A stretch of 64,000 bases of DNA. It comes from an uncultured delta proteobacterium. GTDB taxonomy: Bacteria; Desulfobacterota; Desulfobacteria; Desulfobacterales; UBA2156. The notes under the pieces were generated by a model. That model had not been told where the DNA came from. It saw only the letters and a program-made list of their open reading frames with translations, and made no database searches. A program made the translations under genes and the position numbers. Within the stretch, counting starts at the first letter, position 1. Each line of letters begins with the position of its first letter. The DNA lies in contig CAVTQK010000019.1 of NCBI GenBank assembly GCA_963736855.1, positions 1-64,000 of the forward strand. The letters run 5' to 3'. Below, one piece after another: positions 39,970 through 48,774 of the stretch.

Positions 39970-41322
39970 ATGATGGAAGGCATCTTGAAAGTGGTGAAGG
40001 ATAAGGATCCGAATGAAAAGGAATTCCACCAGGCTGTGGGCGAGGTGGTGGAATCCATCGGTCCGGTGTTGGATCGTAACCCCGAATATCGGAAATCAAA
40101 GATACTGGAGAGATTGGTGGAACCGGATCGGGTGATTCTATTCAGGGTTCCCTGGATGGATGATCGTGGAGAAATCCATGTAAACCGGGGGTTTCGGGTG
40201 CAGATGAACAATGCCATCGGGCCTTACAAAGGGGGCCTTCGGTTCCACCCCTCCGTGAACTTGGGGATCCTTAAGTTTCTTGCCTTCGAGCAGGTTTTCA
40301 AGAACGCACTGACCACCCTTCCTATGGGGGGTGGGAAGGGCGGGTCTGATTTCGATCCCAAAGGAAAATCAGATAATGAGGTCATGCGCTTTTGCCAGAG
40401 TTTCATGTGCGAGCTTTTCAGACACATCGGCCCTGACACAGATGTTCCGGCAGGAGACATCGGCGTGGGTGCCCGGGAAATCGGGTATCTCTTCGGGATG
40501 TATAAAAAGCTGACCAATGAATTTACCGGCGTTTTAACCGGGAAAAACCTCAAGTGGGGAGGGAGTCTCATCCGTCCGGAGGCTACGGGATACGGGAGCG
40601 TCTATTTTGCTTCGGAAATGCTGGCCACCCGGAATAAAACCCTGGATAGTAAAGTCTGTCTGGTTTCCGGGTCTGGGAACGTGGCCCAATTTACCGTGGA
40701 AAAGCTTTTGGATTTCAATGCCAGGGTGGTCACCCTCTCCGATTCATCGGGCTATATTTTTGATGATGAGGGGATCGATCGTGAAAAACTGGCTTTTATT
40801 AAACGCCTGAAAAACGTCAAACGCGGCCGGATCAAGGAGTACGCCGACCATTACAAGAATGCAATTTACACTCCCGTGGACCCGATCTTAGATTATAATC
40901 CGCTTTGGAATCATAAGGCCGATTGCGCGTTTCCCAGCGCCACTCAAAACGAAATCAATGAAAAGGATGCCCGGAACCTGGTGCAAAACGGGGTGGAGGT
41001 GGTGTGTGAGGGAGCCAATATGCCCACCGTACCGGAGGGCGCGGACCTGTTTCTGGGCAGCCACATTCTTTATGGCCCCGGCAAGGCGGCCAATGCAGGG
41101 GGGGTCTCCGTTTCGGGATTGGAGATGACCCAAAACAGCATGCGGATTTCGTGGACCCGGGAAGAGGTGGATCAGAGACTGAAGATGATCATGCACAGCA
41201 TTCATCGCACCTGCCTGGACGCCGCTGCGGCCTACGGAGCTCCTGGTAACTATGTCAGGGGTGCGAACATCGCCGGTTTCGTAAAAGTTGTCGAAGCCAT
41301 GACGGATCAGGGGATCGTATGA
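39970..41322 (+). CDS. gdhA: NADP-specific glutamate dehydrogenase
   Basis: GPYKGGLRFHPSVN, GGGKGG, DVPAGDIGVG, RPEATGYG and GSGNVA. Confidence 0.97.
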   Translation: MMEGILKVVKDKDPNEKEFHQAVGEVVESIGPVLDRNPEYRKSKILERLVEPDRVILFRVPWMDDRGEIHVNRGFRVQMNNAIGPYKGGLRFHPSVNLGILKFLAFEQVFKNALTTLPMGGGKGGSDFDPKGKSDNEVMRFCQSFMCELFRHIGPDTDVPAGDIGVGAREIGYLFGMYKKLTNEFTGVLTGKNLKWGGSLIRPEATGYGSVYFASEMLATRNKTLDSKVCLVSGSGNVAQFTVEKLLDFNARVVTLSDSSGYIFDDEGIDREKLAFIKRLKNVKRGRIKEYADHYKNAIYTPVDPILDYNPLWNHKADCAFPSATQNEINEKDARNLVQNGVEVVCEGANMPTVPEGADLFLGSHILYGPGKAANAGGVSVSGLEMTQNSMRISWTREEVDQRLKMIMHSIHRTCLDAAAAYGAPGNYVRGANIAGFVKVVEAMTDQGIV

Positions 41323-41452
41323 CTTTCGGTCGGTCGGGATGATAAAAGCGTTAAAACAATATCCGGGATTCGGCAGTGACCTGGGCGGGATCTGCCCTAC
41401 GCCGCTTCGGATTGAGTCGTTGAGAATAGGCACGCCATTGTGTGGCGCTGTA

Positions 41453-42484
41453 CTAAGCGTATAGCCCCTTGATGTTCCGGTGCAGTTCGCGGGTTTTTTC
41501 CTGCCGCACCCGGTCGCGATCCAGCGCGATGGAATCCAGTTCCCGCTGCAAAGCGAGCAGGTCGGGTGCGTCGTGCGGCCTTCCGACGCGGTGAGCTTCG
41601 ATCATCGATCGATAGAGAAAGATCATGCGGCCGATGAGTTCCACAGCGTATTCGCGGCCCTGGACCTTGAGGGTGTGCAGGCCAAGATCCATGTAATCCC
41701 AAAGCTCCTTGCCGTTGATGGCAAAGGCCACATTGGGATGGCGGCGGATGCGATCATTGATGGCATCGATTTCTTCCGTGTTGCGGCCACGTTGGCTCAG
41801 CACTTTCTGACGTTGGGCATCACTCAGCAGGCACATGCGAAAGCAACTGCCGCTGCGGTCCGGCCACCCTTCGTATTCGACGATCTCGTTGCCGTCTTCG
41901 TCATGGTAGATGTGTTTGATATAGGAATCGGCAATGAGCTCATGAAAGGCGCAATTGCCGACACCCCCAACGCAGCGGTTGCCGTGAATCAGCACTTCGG
42001 TCGCTACTCCGAGGGCATCGGCTGCATCCTTGAAAACGCGCATCTTGGCCGCCGTGTTGATTTCGGTACTGGCCACGATTTGACCGGCCCCATAATCCCG
42101 GTACTGGGCCATTTGCCCGGGCGTCTGGATGTTGCAGCCGACACTGGCATGGACAACCAGGTCCGGGAAGTTCTCTCTCACCATCTGCATCACCGCCGGG
42201 GTCTTGACGATCACTCCTTCCGCCCCCCAGGCGGCGTACTTGGCAACCTTGCTCATGATGAGCATCAACTTGTCCCCAGGAACTTCCGCATTGACGGCGA
42301 TCCGTACTTTGCGGCCCATTGGACCAGCTATCTCCAAGGCCTCACGGATCTGAGAATCTTCCATTTCCCAGGCGCACTTCCGGCGACTAAACCCTTTGCA
42401 ACCCACATAGACCGCATCGGCACCCTGGGCGAAAACTCGCTCCACCATTGCCAGACTACCACCTGGTGCCAATAATTCATTCAT
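41453..42484 (-). CDS. Peptidase U32 family protein (Fe-S hydroxylation-type)
   Basis: [20 protein letters not shown]-x6-C (CVGGVGNC), CFRMC and LKVQGR. Confidence 0.88.
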   Translation of the reverse strand: MNELLAPGGSLAMVERVFAQGADAVYVGCKGFSRRKCAWEMEDSQIREALEIAGPMGRKVRIAVNAEVPGDKLMLIMSKVAKYAAWGAEGVIVKTPAVMQMVRENFPDLVVHASVGCNIQTPGQMAQYRDYGAGQIVASTEINTAAKMRVFKDAADALGVATEVLIHGNRCVGGVGNCAFHELIADSYIKHIYHDEDGNEIVEYEGWPDRSGSCFRMCLLSDAQRQKVLSQRGRNTEEIDAINDRIRRHPNVAFAINGKELWDYMDLGLHTLKVQGREYAVELIGRMIFLYRSMIEAHRVGRPHDAPDLLALQRELDSIALDRDRVRQEKTRELHRNIKGLYA

Positions 42485-42559
42485 GGGACCTTCCTCCTGG
42501 TTCCTTCAACCCATTTGCCGAACCACATTTCACACTATCACGTGGAAGTATGATCCCCC

Positions 42560-42860
42560 ATGGATAAAATGTTAAGAAGCCGCTTTTTTCCAAGCGGATT
42601 AAGCGGAAAAATAAATTGTATATTTCCATCATCTGCGACCCAAGAAATGGGGGCATGTATTTCTTATGAGAAACAAATTTTGACTATCGAAAAGAGGATG
42701 AGCTGTCAATCGGAATTAAATCAGGAAATGACCGTTAATTTGGCGGATTTGGGCATAGATCATCGTTTCATCTTTCATCGTTTTTTTGCAAAGAAGAATC
42801 CATGGGATAAACCGGGTCGGCGACGTAATCCTTGAACTCGACCACCCGCATTCGTCCTTA
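42560..42860 (-). mobile_element. IS91-family remnant: extreme transposase C-terminus plus conserved non-coding end
   Basis: CCATGGGATAAACCGGGTCGGCGACGTAATCCT (42800-42832) recurs at about 63188-63220 with one mismatch. Encodes RMRVVEF|DYVADPVYPMD. Blocks ACCCAAGAAATGG and CTGTCAA are shared with 54590-54810 and 62950-63170. Confidence 0.75.
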
Positions 42861-43260
42861 GTTCTTGAGCCGCCGGAACCTGCGTAAGTGACTTTTGCGG
42901 AAAGAACCACTGCCAGATAAGATCCTTGGCTGCCGAGGGATATTTCTTCTCCAGCCGGTCGTCAAGAAACACTCCTGAATATTCCGCCGCAAGATCTTGG
43001 TCATGAATGTATTTCACCACCTCAAGTTGGGAAGCCAGTTCCGGCACAATCGTCTTAGGCAGGGGAACCGTGCGGTCTTTTTTCCCTTTTCCGTGGACAG
43101 TGAGTATTCCGGCTTCGAAGTTAAAATCCTTGACGCGCAGTTGCAGGCATTCAAACAACCTGAGCCACTTTTTATAGTCCGCACGCTGTATCGGTGCAAC
43201 GGCTCGTTTTTCGAGAATGGCGTCAAACCTCTTTAAAATGGGGACCGGAACCGGCAACAT
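42860..43260 (-). pseudogene. intI: Integron integrase, internally deleted and C-terminally truncated
   Basis: LRLFECLQLRVKDF, GKGKKDR.VPLP and the integron-specific insert DL..GVFL..LEKKYPSA....WQWFFP. No HxxRH box or catalytic Tyr. Confidence 0.88.
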
Positions 43261-43420
43261 CGGTATTGAACAGCGAACCCCCTAAGAATACATATTAGAT
43301 ATTGAACAACTCAATTAAAATAATAATATCAGATAGATTTGTCAATAATATTTTAATTGAACATTGACAATCTTGGAACTTTTTGATATTGAAGGAAAAC
43401 TATTCAATATATTGTTAGGC
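43261..43420 (+). promoter_or_regulatory. attI site and divergent Pint/Pc promoter region
   Basis: AT-rich; repeated ATTGAA(C) boxes; inverted repeat ATATTGAA..TTCAATAT; core GTTAGGC (43414-43420); TTGACA on both strands (43364+, 43345-). Confidence 0.7.
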
Positions 43421-43575
43421 TTCCAAGAAGGGTCCTTCTCAGCATCAAAGCAGGTACATTTTCCTGTGCGCTGGAGCGGTCACTCTGGATTGTTGAATTA
43501 CACCGCAAGAATCGGAGTGTTCCTCCGCTCAAACAAAACTATATTGAGTGCACTCTAATAAATGGAGGAGTGCAC

Positions 43576-44580
43576 ATGAAAGCCATCAATAGATCAATGG
43601 GACTGGTCGAGTGGTTGCTTCTAATCACCTTGTCAATTCTCTGGGGCGGGTCATTTTTCTTTATCGGTATTGCGGTTCATGCCCTGCCACATTTCACCAT
43701 CGTTGCGCTACGCGTCGGGCTTGCAGCGGTTGCGCTAAATGTGGTTGTTCTGGCTGTGGAGCTGAAAATGCCCAGGAGTTGGCAGCTTTGGGCGGCCTTT
43801 TTGAGCATGGGTCTTCTCAACAACATAATTCCCTTTACCCTGATCGTCTGGGCGCAGAGGCACATTGCCAGCGGTCTGGCATCCATCCTCAATGCCACAA
43901 CGCCGCTTTTCACTGTTATCGTCGCACATTTTCTAACTAGTGACGAGAAGATGACCAGAGCGCGTTTCGCCGGGGTAGTCATCGGCTTCGCGGGCGTTGT
44001 TCTTATGATCGGGCCGGAAGCCCTGGAGAGTTTTGGCGCCAACACCTTTGCCCAGCTCGCTGTTCTCGGTGCTGCGGTCTCTTACGCCTTCGCCGGGGTC
44101 TTTGGCCGCCGCTTTCGGAACCTGGGCTCTCAACCCTTGGTCACTGCAACTGGTCAGGTAACGGCCTCCACTCTCGTGCTTATCCCTTTGGCCATGGTGG
44201 TGGAGCGACCTTGGAACCTTCCAATGCCTGAGCTGGAGGCATGGGGTGCTATTGCAGGGCTCGCCTTGTTTTCTACCGCGCTCGCCTACATACTCTACTT
44301 CCGCATCCTTGCTACGGCGGGCGCCAGCAATGTGCTGCTCGTAACATTTCTTATCCCGATCAGCGCTATTCTGCTCGGCAGCACAATCCTCGGTGAGAAG
44401 TTGGAGCTGAAACACTTTATCGGTATGGGACTCATCGGTCTCGGGCTCGCCGCTATTGACGGGCGGTCGCTTGGTTTCTTGTGCCGCAGCCTGATTGAGA
44501 ATCCTGCCCCGTTACGAATTGCGCCCAAGCAATCATTGGCCCCCGACTCGGCGGAGGTGCAAGAGGACTATTCAATTTGA
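43576..44580 (+). CDS. DMT/EamA family transporter (cassette 1, gene 1)
   Basis: LWGGSF, NNIIPF, SGLASILNATTP and STALAY; GGAGGAG RBS. Confidence 0.92.
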   Translation: MKAINRSMGLVEWLLLITLSILWGGSFFFIGIAVHALPHFTIVALRVGLAAVALNVVVLAVELKMPRSWQLWAAFLSMGLLNNIIPFTLIVWAQRHIASGLASILNATTPLFTVIVAHFLTSDEKMTRARFAGVVIGFAGVVLMIGPEALESFGANTFAQLAVLGAAVSYAFAGVFGRRFRNLGSQPLVTATGQVTASTLVLIPLAMVVERPWNLPMPELEAWGAIAGLALFSTALAYILYFRILATAGASNVLLVTFLIPISAILLGSTILGEKLELKHFIGMGLIGLGLAAIDGRSLGFLCRSLIENPAPLRIAPKQSLAPDSAEVQEDYSI

Positions 44581-44645
44581 GACCAGCGAGCGCCTCTTGT
44601 GCCAGAGCGATCTCTGAACCGCTATAATCGAGATTGGGGGCTTCA

Positions 44646-45752
44646 ATGATGACAAAAAGATGTACGTTCACCGATGATGAAAGGAGATGGAACGCAGTCG
44701 TCAAGCGTGATCGTGCTGCCGAGGGTACTTTTTACTATGCTGTGAGGACGACGGGCGTGTTTTGTCGGCCTGGGTGCTCATCTCGTTTACCCATTCGTGT
44801 GAACGTCGAGTTCTTCGATACATGCAGGGAAGCCGAACTCGCGGGTTATCGCCCCTGCAAGCGATGTAAGCCCGGCGTCTCGTCACCACATGAGCGACTG
44901 GAGGAGGCTATCGTCCAAGCTTGTCGCCGCATCGAGCAGGCGGAGGAAACCCCGAAGCTGGAGGAACTCGCCGAGGAGGCCGGTCTGAGTCCATGGCATT
45001 TTCATCGTCTCTTCAACAAGATCGTCGGGGTTACGCCTAAACAATACGCCGCTACACGAAGAGCGCAGCGTTTCCGCGATAGCCTAAAGACCAGTCTGTC
45101 CGTCACGGATGCCATATATGAGTCAGGTTTCGGATCCAACAGCCGCGCCTACGAGAAAGCCGGCGATCGTCTGGCCATGCCCCCGTCAATCTATAGGAAA
45201 GGGGCAGCGGGGCTTACGATTCGCTATGGCGTCGCTCCGTGTTTCCTCGGTTGGGTTATTGTGGCAACTACTGATCGCGGCATCTGTGCCATTGAGCTTG
45301 GAGACGATCCGAAGGTTCTGCCCGCCAAGGTTCAAAGAAGCTTCCCTAATGCGCTTCTCGAAGAGGCTGGGCCGGACTTCTCTGATTTAATTCAGAAAAT
45401 CATCGGTTTTATTGAAGCTCCGGGCAAAGGAATCGAGCTTCCCCTCGATATTCTGGGTACCGCTTTCCAGCAGCGCGTTTGGCATGCTCTTCGTGAAGTG
45501 CCATCCGGTGTTACCGTTAGCTATACCCAAATTGCTGATCGCATTGGCAGTCCTGGAGCAGTGCGTGCCGTATCTCGAGCCTGTGCTGCGAACAAGCTCG
45601 CCGTAGCGGTGCCTTGCCACCGCGTGGTGCGCAGCGATGGGAGCTTGAGCGGGTACCGATGGGGTATTGAGCGGAAACGTACACTGCTTCTCCGAGAAAG
45701 CGGTAGGAGCGAAAATCTCCATGAGCAGAACGAAAAGACCGACGAAGCCTAA
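44646..45752 (+). CDS. ada: Bifunctional Ada transcriptional regulator/O6-methylguanine-DNA methyltransferase (cassette 1, gene 2)
   Basis: FCRPGC and RPCKRC Zn site, AraC HTH, VPCHRVV and GYRWG. Confidence 0.95.
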   Translation: MMTKRCTFTDDERRWNAVVKRDRAAEGTFYYAVRTTGVFCRPGCSSRLPIRVNVEFFDTCREAELAGYRPCKRCKPGVSSPHERLEEAIVQACRRIEQAEETPKLEELAEEAGLSPWHFHRLFNKIVGVTPKQYAATRRAQRFRDSLKTSLSVTDAIYESGFGSNSRAYEKAGDRLAMPPSIYRKGAAGLTIRYGVAPCFLGWVIVATTDRGICAIELGDDPKVLPAKVQRSFPNALLEEAGPDFSDLIQKIIGFIEAPGKGIELPLDILGTAFQQRVWHALREVPSGVTVSYTQIADRIGSPGAVRAVSRACAANKLAVAVPCHRVVRSDGSLSGYRWGIERKRTLLLRESGRSENLHEQNEKTDEA

Positions 45753-45852
45753 CCAAGCCAATGAACCCGTCGAGCAACCACGGGGCAAGTTGTCCGGTCT
45801 TGTCCGAAAGTCCTTGGCCGTGGTTGCTCGCGGGTTATCGGCACCGTTATGC
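45747..45852 (+). other. attC site (106 bp)
   Basis: GCCTAAC (complement of GTTAGGC at attI)...AACCCG.CGAGCAACCACGG / CCGTGGTTGCTCG.CGGGTT...GTTATGC. Confidence 0.92.
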
Positions 45853-45868
45853 ATACCTTGCAAGCATC

Positions 45869-45897
45869 TTGACATCTATAATGGACCCCATTATAAT
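45869..45897 (+). promoter_or_regulatory. Consensus sigma70 promoter with overlapping palindromic operator (higBA)
   Basis: TTGACA-N17-TATAAT; inverted repeat TATAATGG-acc-CCATTATA (45877-45895). Confidence 0.88.
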
Positions 45898-45904
45898 ATA
45901 ACCC

Positions 45905-46199
45905 ATGATAAAAACTTTTAAGTCTACTGGTACTGAAGATATTTTTGATGGTGTGGCATCTCAAGCTGCTCGAAGATGCTGTCCACAATCCATTTGGTCG
46001 GTTGCTCGCCGAAAGTTGGATCAAATAAACCGAGTTCGAGAGATTAATGAACTTAAAGTGCCGCCAGGTAATCGACTGGAACATTTGAAAGGCGACCGTG
46101 CAGAATCAATACAGTATCCGCGTTAATCAACAATACAGAATTTGTTTTACATGGGAGGAAAGCCATGCCTACGAGATCGAAATCACAGATTACCACTGA
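45905..46199 (+). CDS. higB: HigB (RelE-family) toxin, one extra base near 46105
   Basis: MIKTFK...ARRKLDQI...LKVPPGNRLEHLKGDR, then QYSIRVNQQYRICFTW...EITDYH* in the shifted frame. Confidence 0.88.
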
Positions 46200-46527
46200 T
46201 GTTGGACGGCGACTGCCTCGAAATCGTCCCCCGACACATCCTGGGGAAATGCTTTTCGAGGAATTTGTCAAACCGCTTGACCTTACACAAACAGAACTTG
46301 CTCGCCGTCTGGGCGTTTCTTACCCTCGTCTGAACGAAATTATTAAAGGCAGGCGTTCGGTAACTCCGGATACTGCATTGCGGCTGTCCCGTGTTTTGGG
46401 TATGTCTGCAGATTTTTGGTTGGGCTTGCAACAGGATTGGGATCTTTGGCATGCAATGAATAGCCCTGAAGCAAAACAGATTAATCGCTTGAAGCCGATT
46501 CCCAGAGATCAACATTCTTTTGCATAA
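46165..46527 (+). CDS. higA: HigA antitoxin (XRE HTH)
   Basis: THPGEML.EEF, TQ.ELA..LGVS, TALRL and FWLGLQ; GGAGG RBS. Confidence 0.93.
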   Translation: MPTRSKSQITTDVGRRLPRNRPPTHPGEMLFEEFVKPLDLTQTELARRLGVSYPRLNEIIKGRRSVTPDTALRLSRVLGMSADFWLGLQQDWDLWHAMNSPEAKQINRLKPIPRDQHSFA

Positions 46528-46583
46528 CCAAAGCATTAAGAGCGACGGCAAAAAGCCGCCGCGCCTTATGCTTAGCGTTGGGC
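46522..46583 (+). other. attC site (62 bp)
   Basis: GCATAAC (complement of GTTATGC)-caaagcattaagagcgacggc-aaaaa-gccgccgcgccttatgcttagc-GTTGGGC. Confidence 0.93.
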
Positions 46584-46765
46584 CTGAGGAAACAAGACAT
46601 ATTGCCACTGCATGGGATCACGGAATACGGGCTTGTTTTCATATCGGGCAAGAACGATTAAAAGGGTTTAGCTTTCGTTCTTAAAGCTATCCCCTTGGAT
46701 CTGCGCTAACATTCAACACTCCTGTTATCGGCGTAGAGCAGGAAAAGATAAAGGCGAACAACCTA

Positions 46766-47587
46766 ATGGGAAATATCAAATCGCGGCTGAAAATATACCT
46801 CATCATATTCTTTGCGGTCATCGTCTTAGGTACGATAGGCATGATGACCATTGAGAAAAAGTCTCTTATCGATTCCTTTTATTTTGTCATCGTTACCATG
46901 GCAACGGTAGGATACGGCGATATCCATCCGGTAACTAATTTTGGAAAAATCTTTACCCTTTTTATCATCGTCACCGGGGTGGGCACGTTTCTCGGCGTCA
47001 TAGCCAATTTTACAGAGATCATGCTGGAAAAACGGGAGATGGAAAGCCGCATGGAAAAGCTCAACATGATTATCGGTGTCTTTTACAGCGAGGTCGGTCT
47101 GGAACTTCTCTCCCGGTTCGCCCGTTACGACCTCAATTTCGACGCCATCAGGAGCAGTTTAATCATAACCGGAACCTGGAAAGACAAGGAGTTTATTGCC
47201 GCCAGTAAGGAGTCTGTGAAGCACGACTTCGGCGTTGATGTCTCTCAGGTAGATTTCCTTGAACTAAAGGGCTTTCTCACAATAAAACGAGACTTTCTCC
47301 TGAGGCTCTTAGAAAACCCTGTGCTCATGGAGCATCAGTCCTTTACCGATCTGTTACGCGCCGTCTTTCATCTCACCGAAGAGTTAGCTTACCGCAATTC
47401 TTTCGAAGATGTGCCGAAAACCGACGCAAATCATCTTGCAGGAGATATCAAACGGAGCTACCACCTGATTGTGGCAGAATGGATTATTTATATGAAGTAT
47501 CTGAAAAATAACTATCCTTTTCTCTTCTCCCTAGCTGTGCGCACTAACCCCTTCAACAAAGAGGCTTCAGTCGTCGTCACGGTGTAG
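46766..47587 (+). CDS. Two-TM potassium channel family protein (cassette 3)
   Basis: TMATVGYGD selectivity filter between two TM helices; soluble C-terminal domain. Confidence 0.92.
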   Translation: MGNIKSRLKIYLIIFFAVIVLGTIGMMTIEKKSLIDSFYFVIVTMATVGYGDIHPVTNFGKIFTLFIIVTGVGTFLGVIANFTEIMLEKREMESRMEKLNMIIGVFYSEVGLELLSRFARYDLNFDAIRSSLIITGTWKDKEFIAASKESVKHDFGVDVSQVDFLELKGFLTIKRDFLLRLLENPVLMEHQSFTDLLRAVFHLTEELAYRNSFEDVPKTDANHLAGDIKRSYHLIVAEWIIYMKYLKNNYPFLFSLAVRTNPFNKEASVVVTV

Positions 47588-47624
47588 TAAGAGAATCGGG
47601 GAGTTCTGGGGACATGATACAGAA

Positions 47625-47672
47625 TTCCAACAAGAAAATGCACCAGATGAACTGGTGATTTTCACGTTAGGG
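47625..47672 (+). other. Very short attC site (48 bp)
   Basis: TTCCAAC-aaGAAAATgCACCAG-atgaa-CTGGTGATTTTC-ac-GTTAGGG, with an extrahelical G. Confidence 0.85.
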
Positions 47673-47707
47673 TTCAAAACTGAACCGTCACGAGGGCAGG
47701 CAATTCG

Positions 47708-48724
47708 ATGGGTCTTTCCAGCTTTTGGCGGTTGACGAGACACACAACATCAGGTGAAGCAACGAAGCGATATTGGCTTTTTTATGCAGGCCCGGAGAAT
47801 TACTTGTTTGAGGGCGGTGTCCGCGACCTCCCGCAAGAAGCCTTCTGGAGTTGCGAGTCTGAAACAAAACGGGGGGATCTTATTCTCGTTTACCGGAAGT
47901 CGATGAATCACCTCTCCGTCGACCATCTTGTCCGTGAGTTTGGCATCCTAGAAAACGTTGCGAAGCGAGTCAAGAACGCCGGGATTGGAAAGGATTTCCC
48001 CGTTATTTGGGAGGTCACATCCGACGCGAAGAGAAAGCTTCTTTGGCACTGGCCATACGGCTGCGACACGAAAGAGCTTCAACGAATTGATCCCCCGCTA
48101 AGACTCCAAGAGCTGAAGTCCGAGCTTCGCCTTAGGAAGTGGGAAGGTTTGAGTTGGAATCTCCAAGCGAGAGGGCATGTTGTACTTGAAATCCCCAAGT
48201 TTGCATGGGATGTGATTACCAACATGATAGAGGACACGAGGTCACGGCAGCCACTTATTCAGCAAGAGACCTCAAACTCGACTACGCCTCGCAGCGGAAG
48301 CATGGATAGAAAACCGTGGGCGGCTGACACGAAACCTGCAACGGCGGTAAAGGAGGAAACTATGGAGCCTTCGGAAGCGTTGCGAATAATCCGATCTCTG
48401 GCTGATGGCGTTGACCCGCACACTGGAGAGATTTTTCCCGATGACAGCCCATATCAACATCCACAGGTCCTGCGCGCGCTGTCCCTGGCTGTGAGGGCGA
48501 TGGAGCGTTTTGAGGATAGACAACGGCGCGAGAAACTTTTACCTGCCAACGCCGGAAAACCGTGGAACGATGCCGAAGACAAAGTCCTATGTGAAGGGTT
48601 TGATGCGGGCTTACCGGTTAGCGAGTTGGCGCAGAAGCATCGGCGGACGGAAGGTGCTATTCAGTCTCGGCTGGAGAAACTGGGCAAGGTTCCCTCACGT
48701 TTTCGATCAGGATCATCACCCTAA
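47708..48724 (+). CDS. Cassette 4: EVE/PUA-like N-terminal domain plus C-terminal Myb/HTH-like domain (internal start at 48362)
   Basis: RYWLF...FWSC...KRGDLILVYR; AAGGAGG-ATG at 48362, then LADGVDPHTGE...NAGKPW...ED...LAQKHRRTEGAIQSRL. The stop lies within CCCTAAC. Confidence 0.65.
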   Translation: MGLSSFWRLTRHTTSGEATKRYWLFYAGPENYLFEGGVRDLPQEAFWSCESETKRGDLILVYRKSMNHLSVDHLVREFGILENVAKRVKNAGIGKDFPVIWEVTSDAKRKLLWHWPYGCDTKELQRIDPPLRLQELKSELRLRKWEGLSWNLQARGHVVLEIPKFAWDVITNMIEDTRSRQPLIQQETSNSTTPRSGSMDRKPWAADTKPATAVKEETMEPSEALRIIRSLADGVDPHTGEIFPDDSPYQHPQVLRALSLAVRAMERFEDRQRREKLLPANAGKPWNDAEDKVLCEGFDAGLPVSELAQKHRRTEGAIQSRLEKLGKVPSRFRSGSSP

Positions 48725-48774
48725 CCTATAAGGATTGGCACGACCTGAAAGGTCGTTTTCAATCCATTGTTCAA
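48719..48774. other. attC-like hairpin ending the array (spacing fits the minus strand better)
   Basis: CCCTAAC-ctataaGGATTG-gcACGACCTgaaAGGTCGTttt-CAATCCatt-GTTCAAG. Confidence 0.7.

Noticed and set aside
41480..42475. 331-aa plus-strand ORF
   Set aside because: Antisense shadow of the U32 gene with no motifs.
46700..46732. GCTAAC...GTTATC as an extra attC in the K+ channel cassette leader
   Set aside because: Too short, with no paired L boxes.
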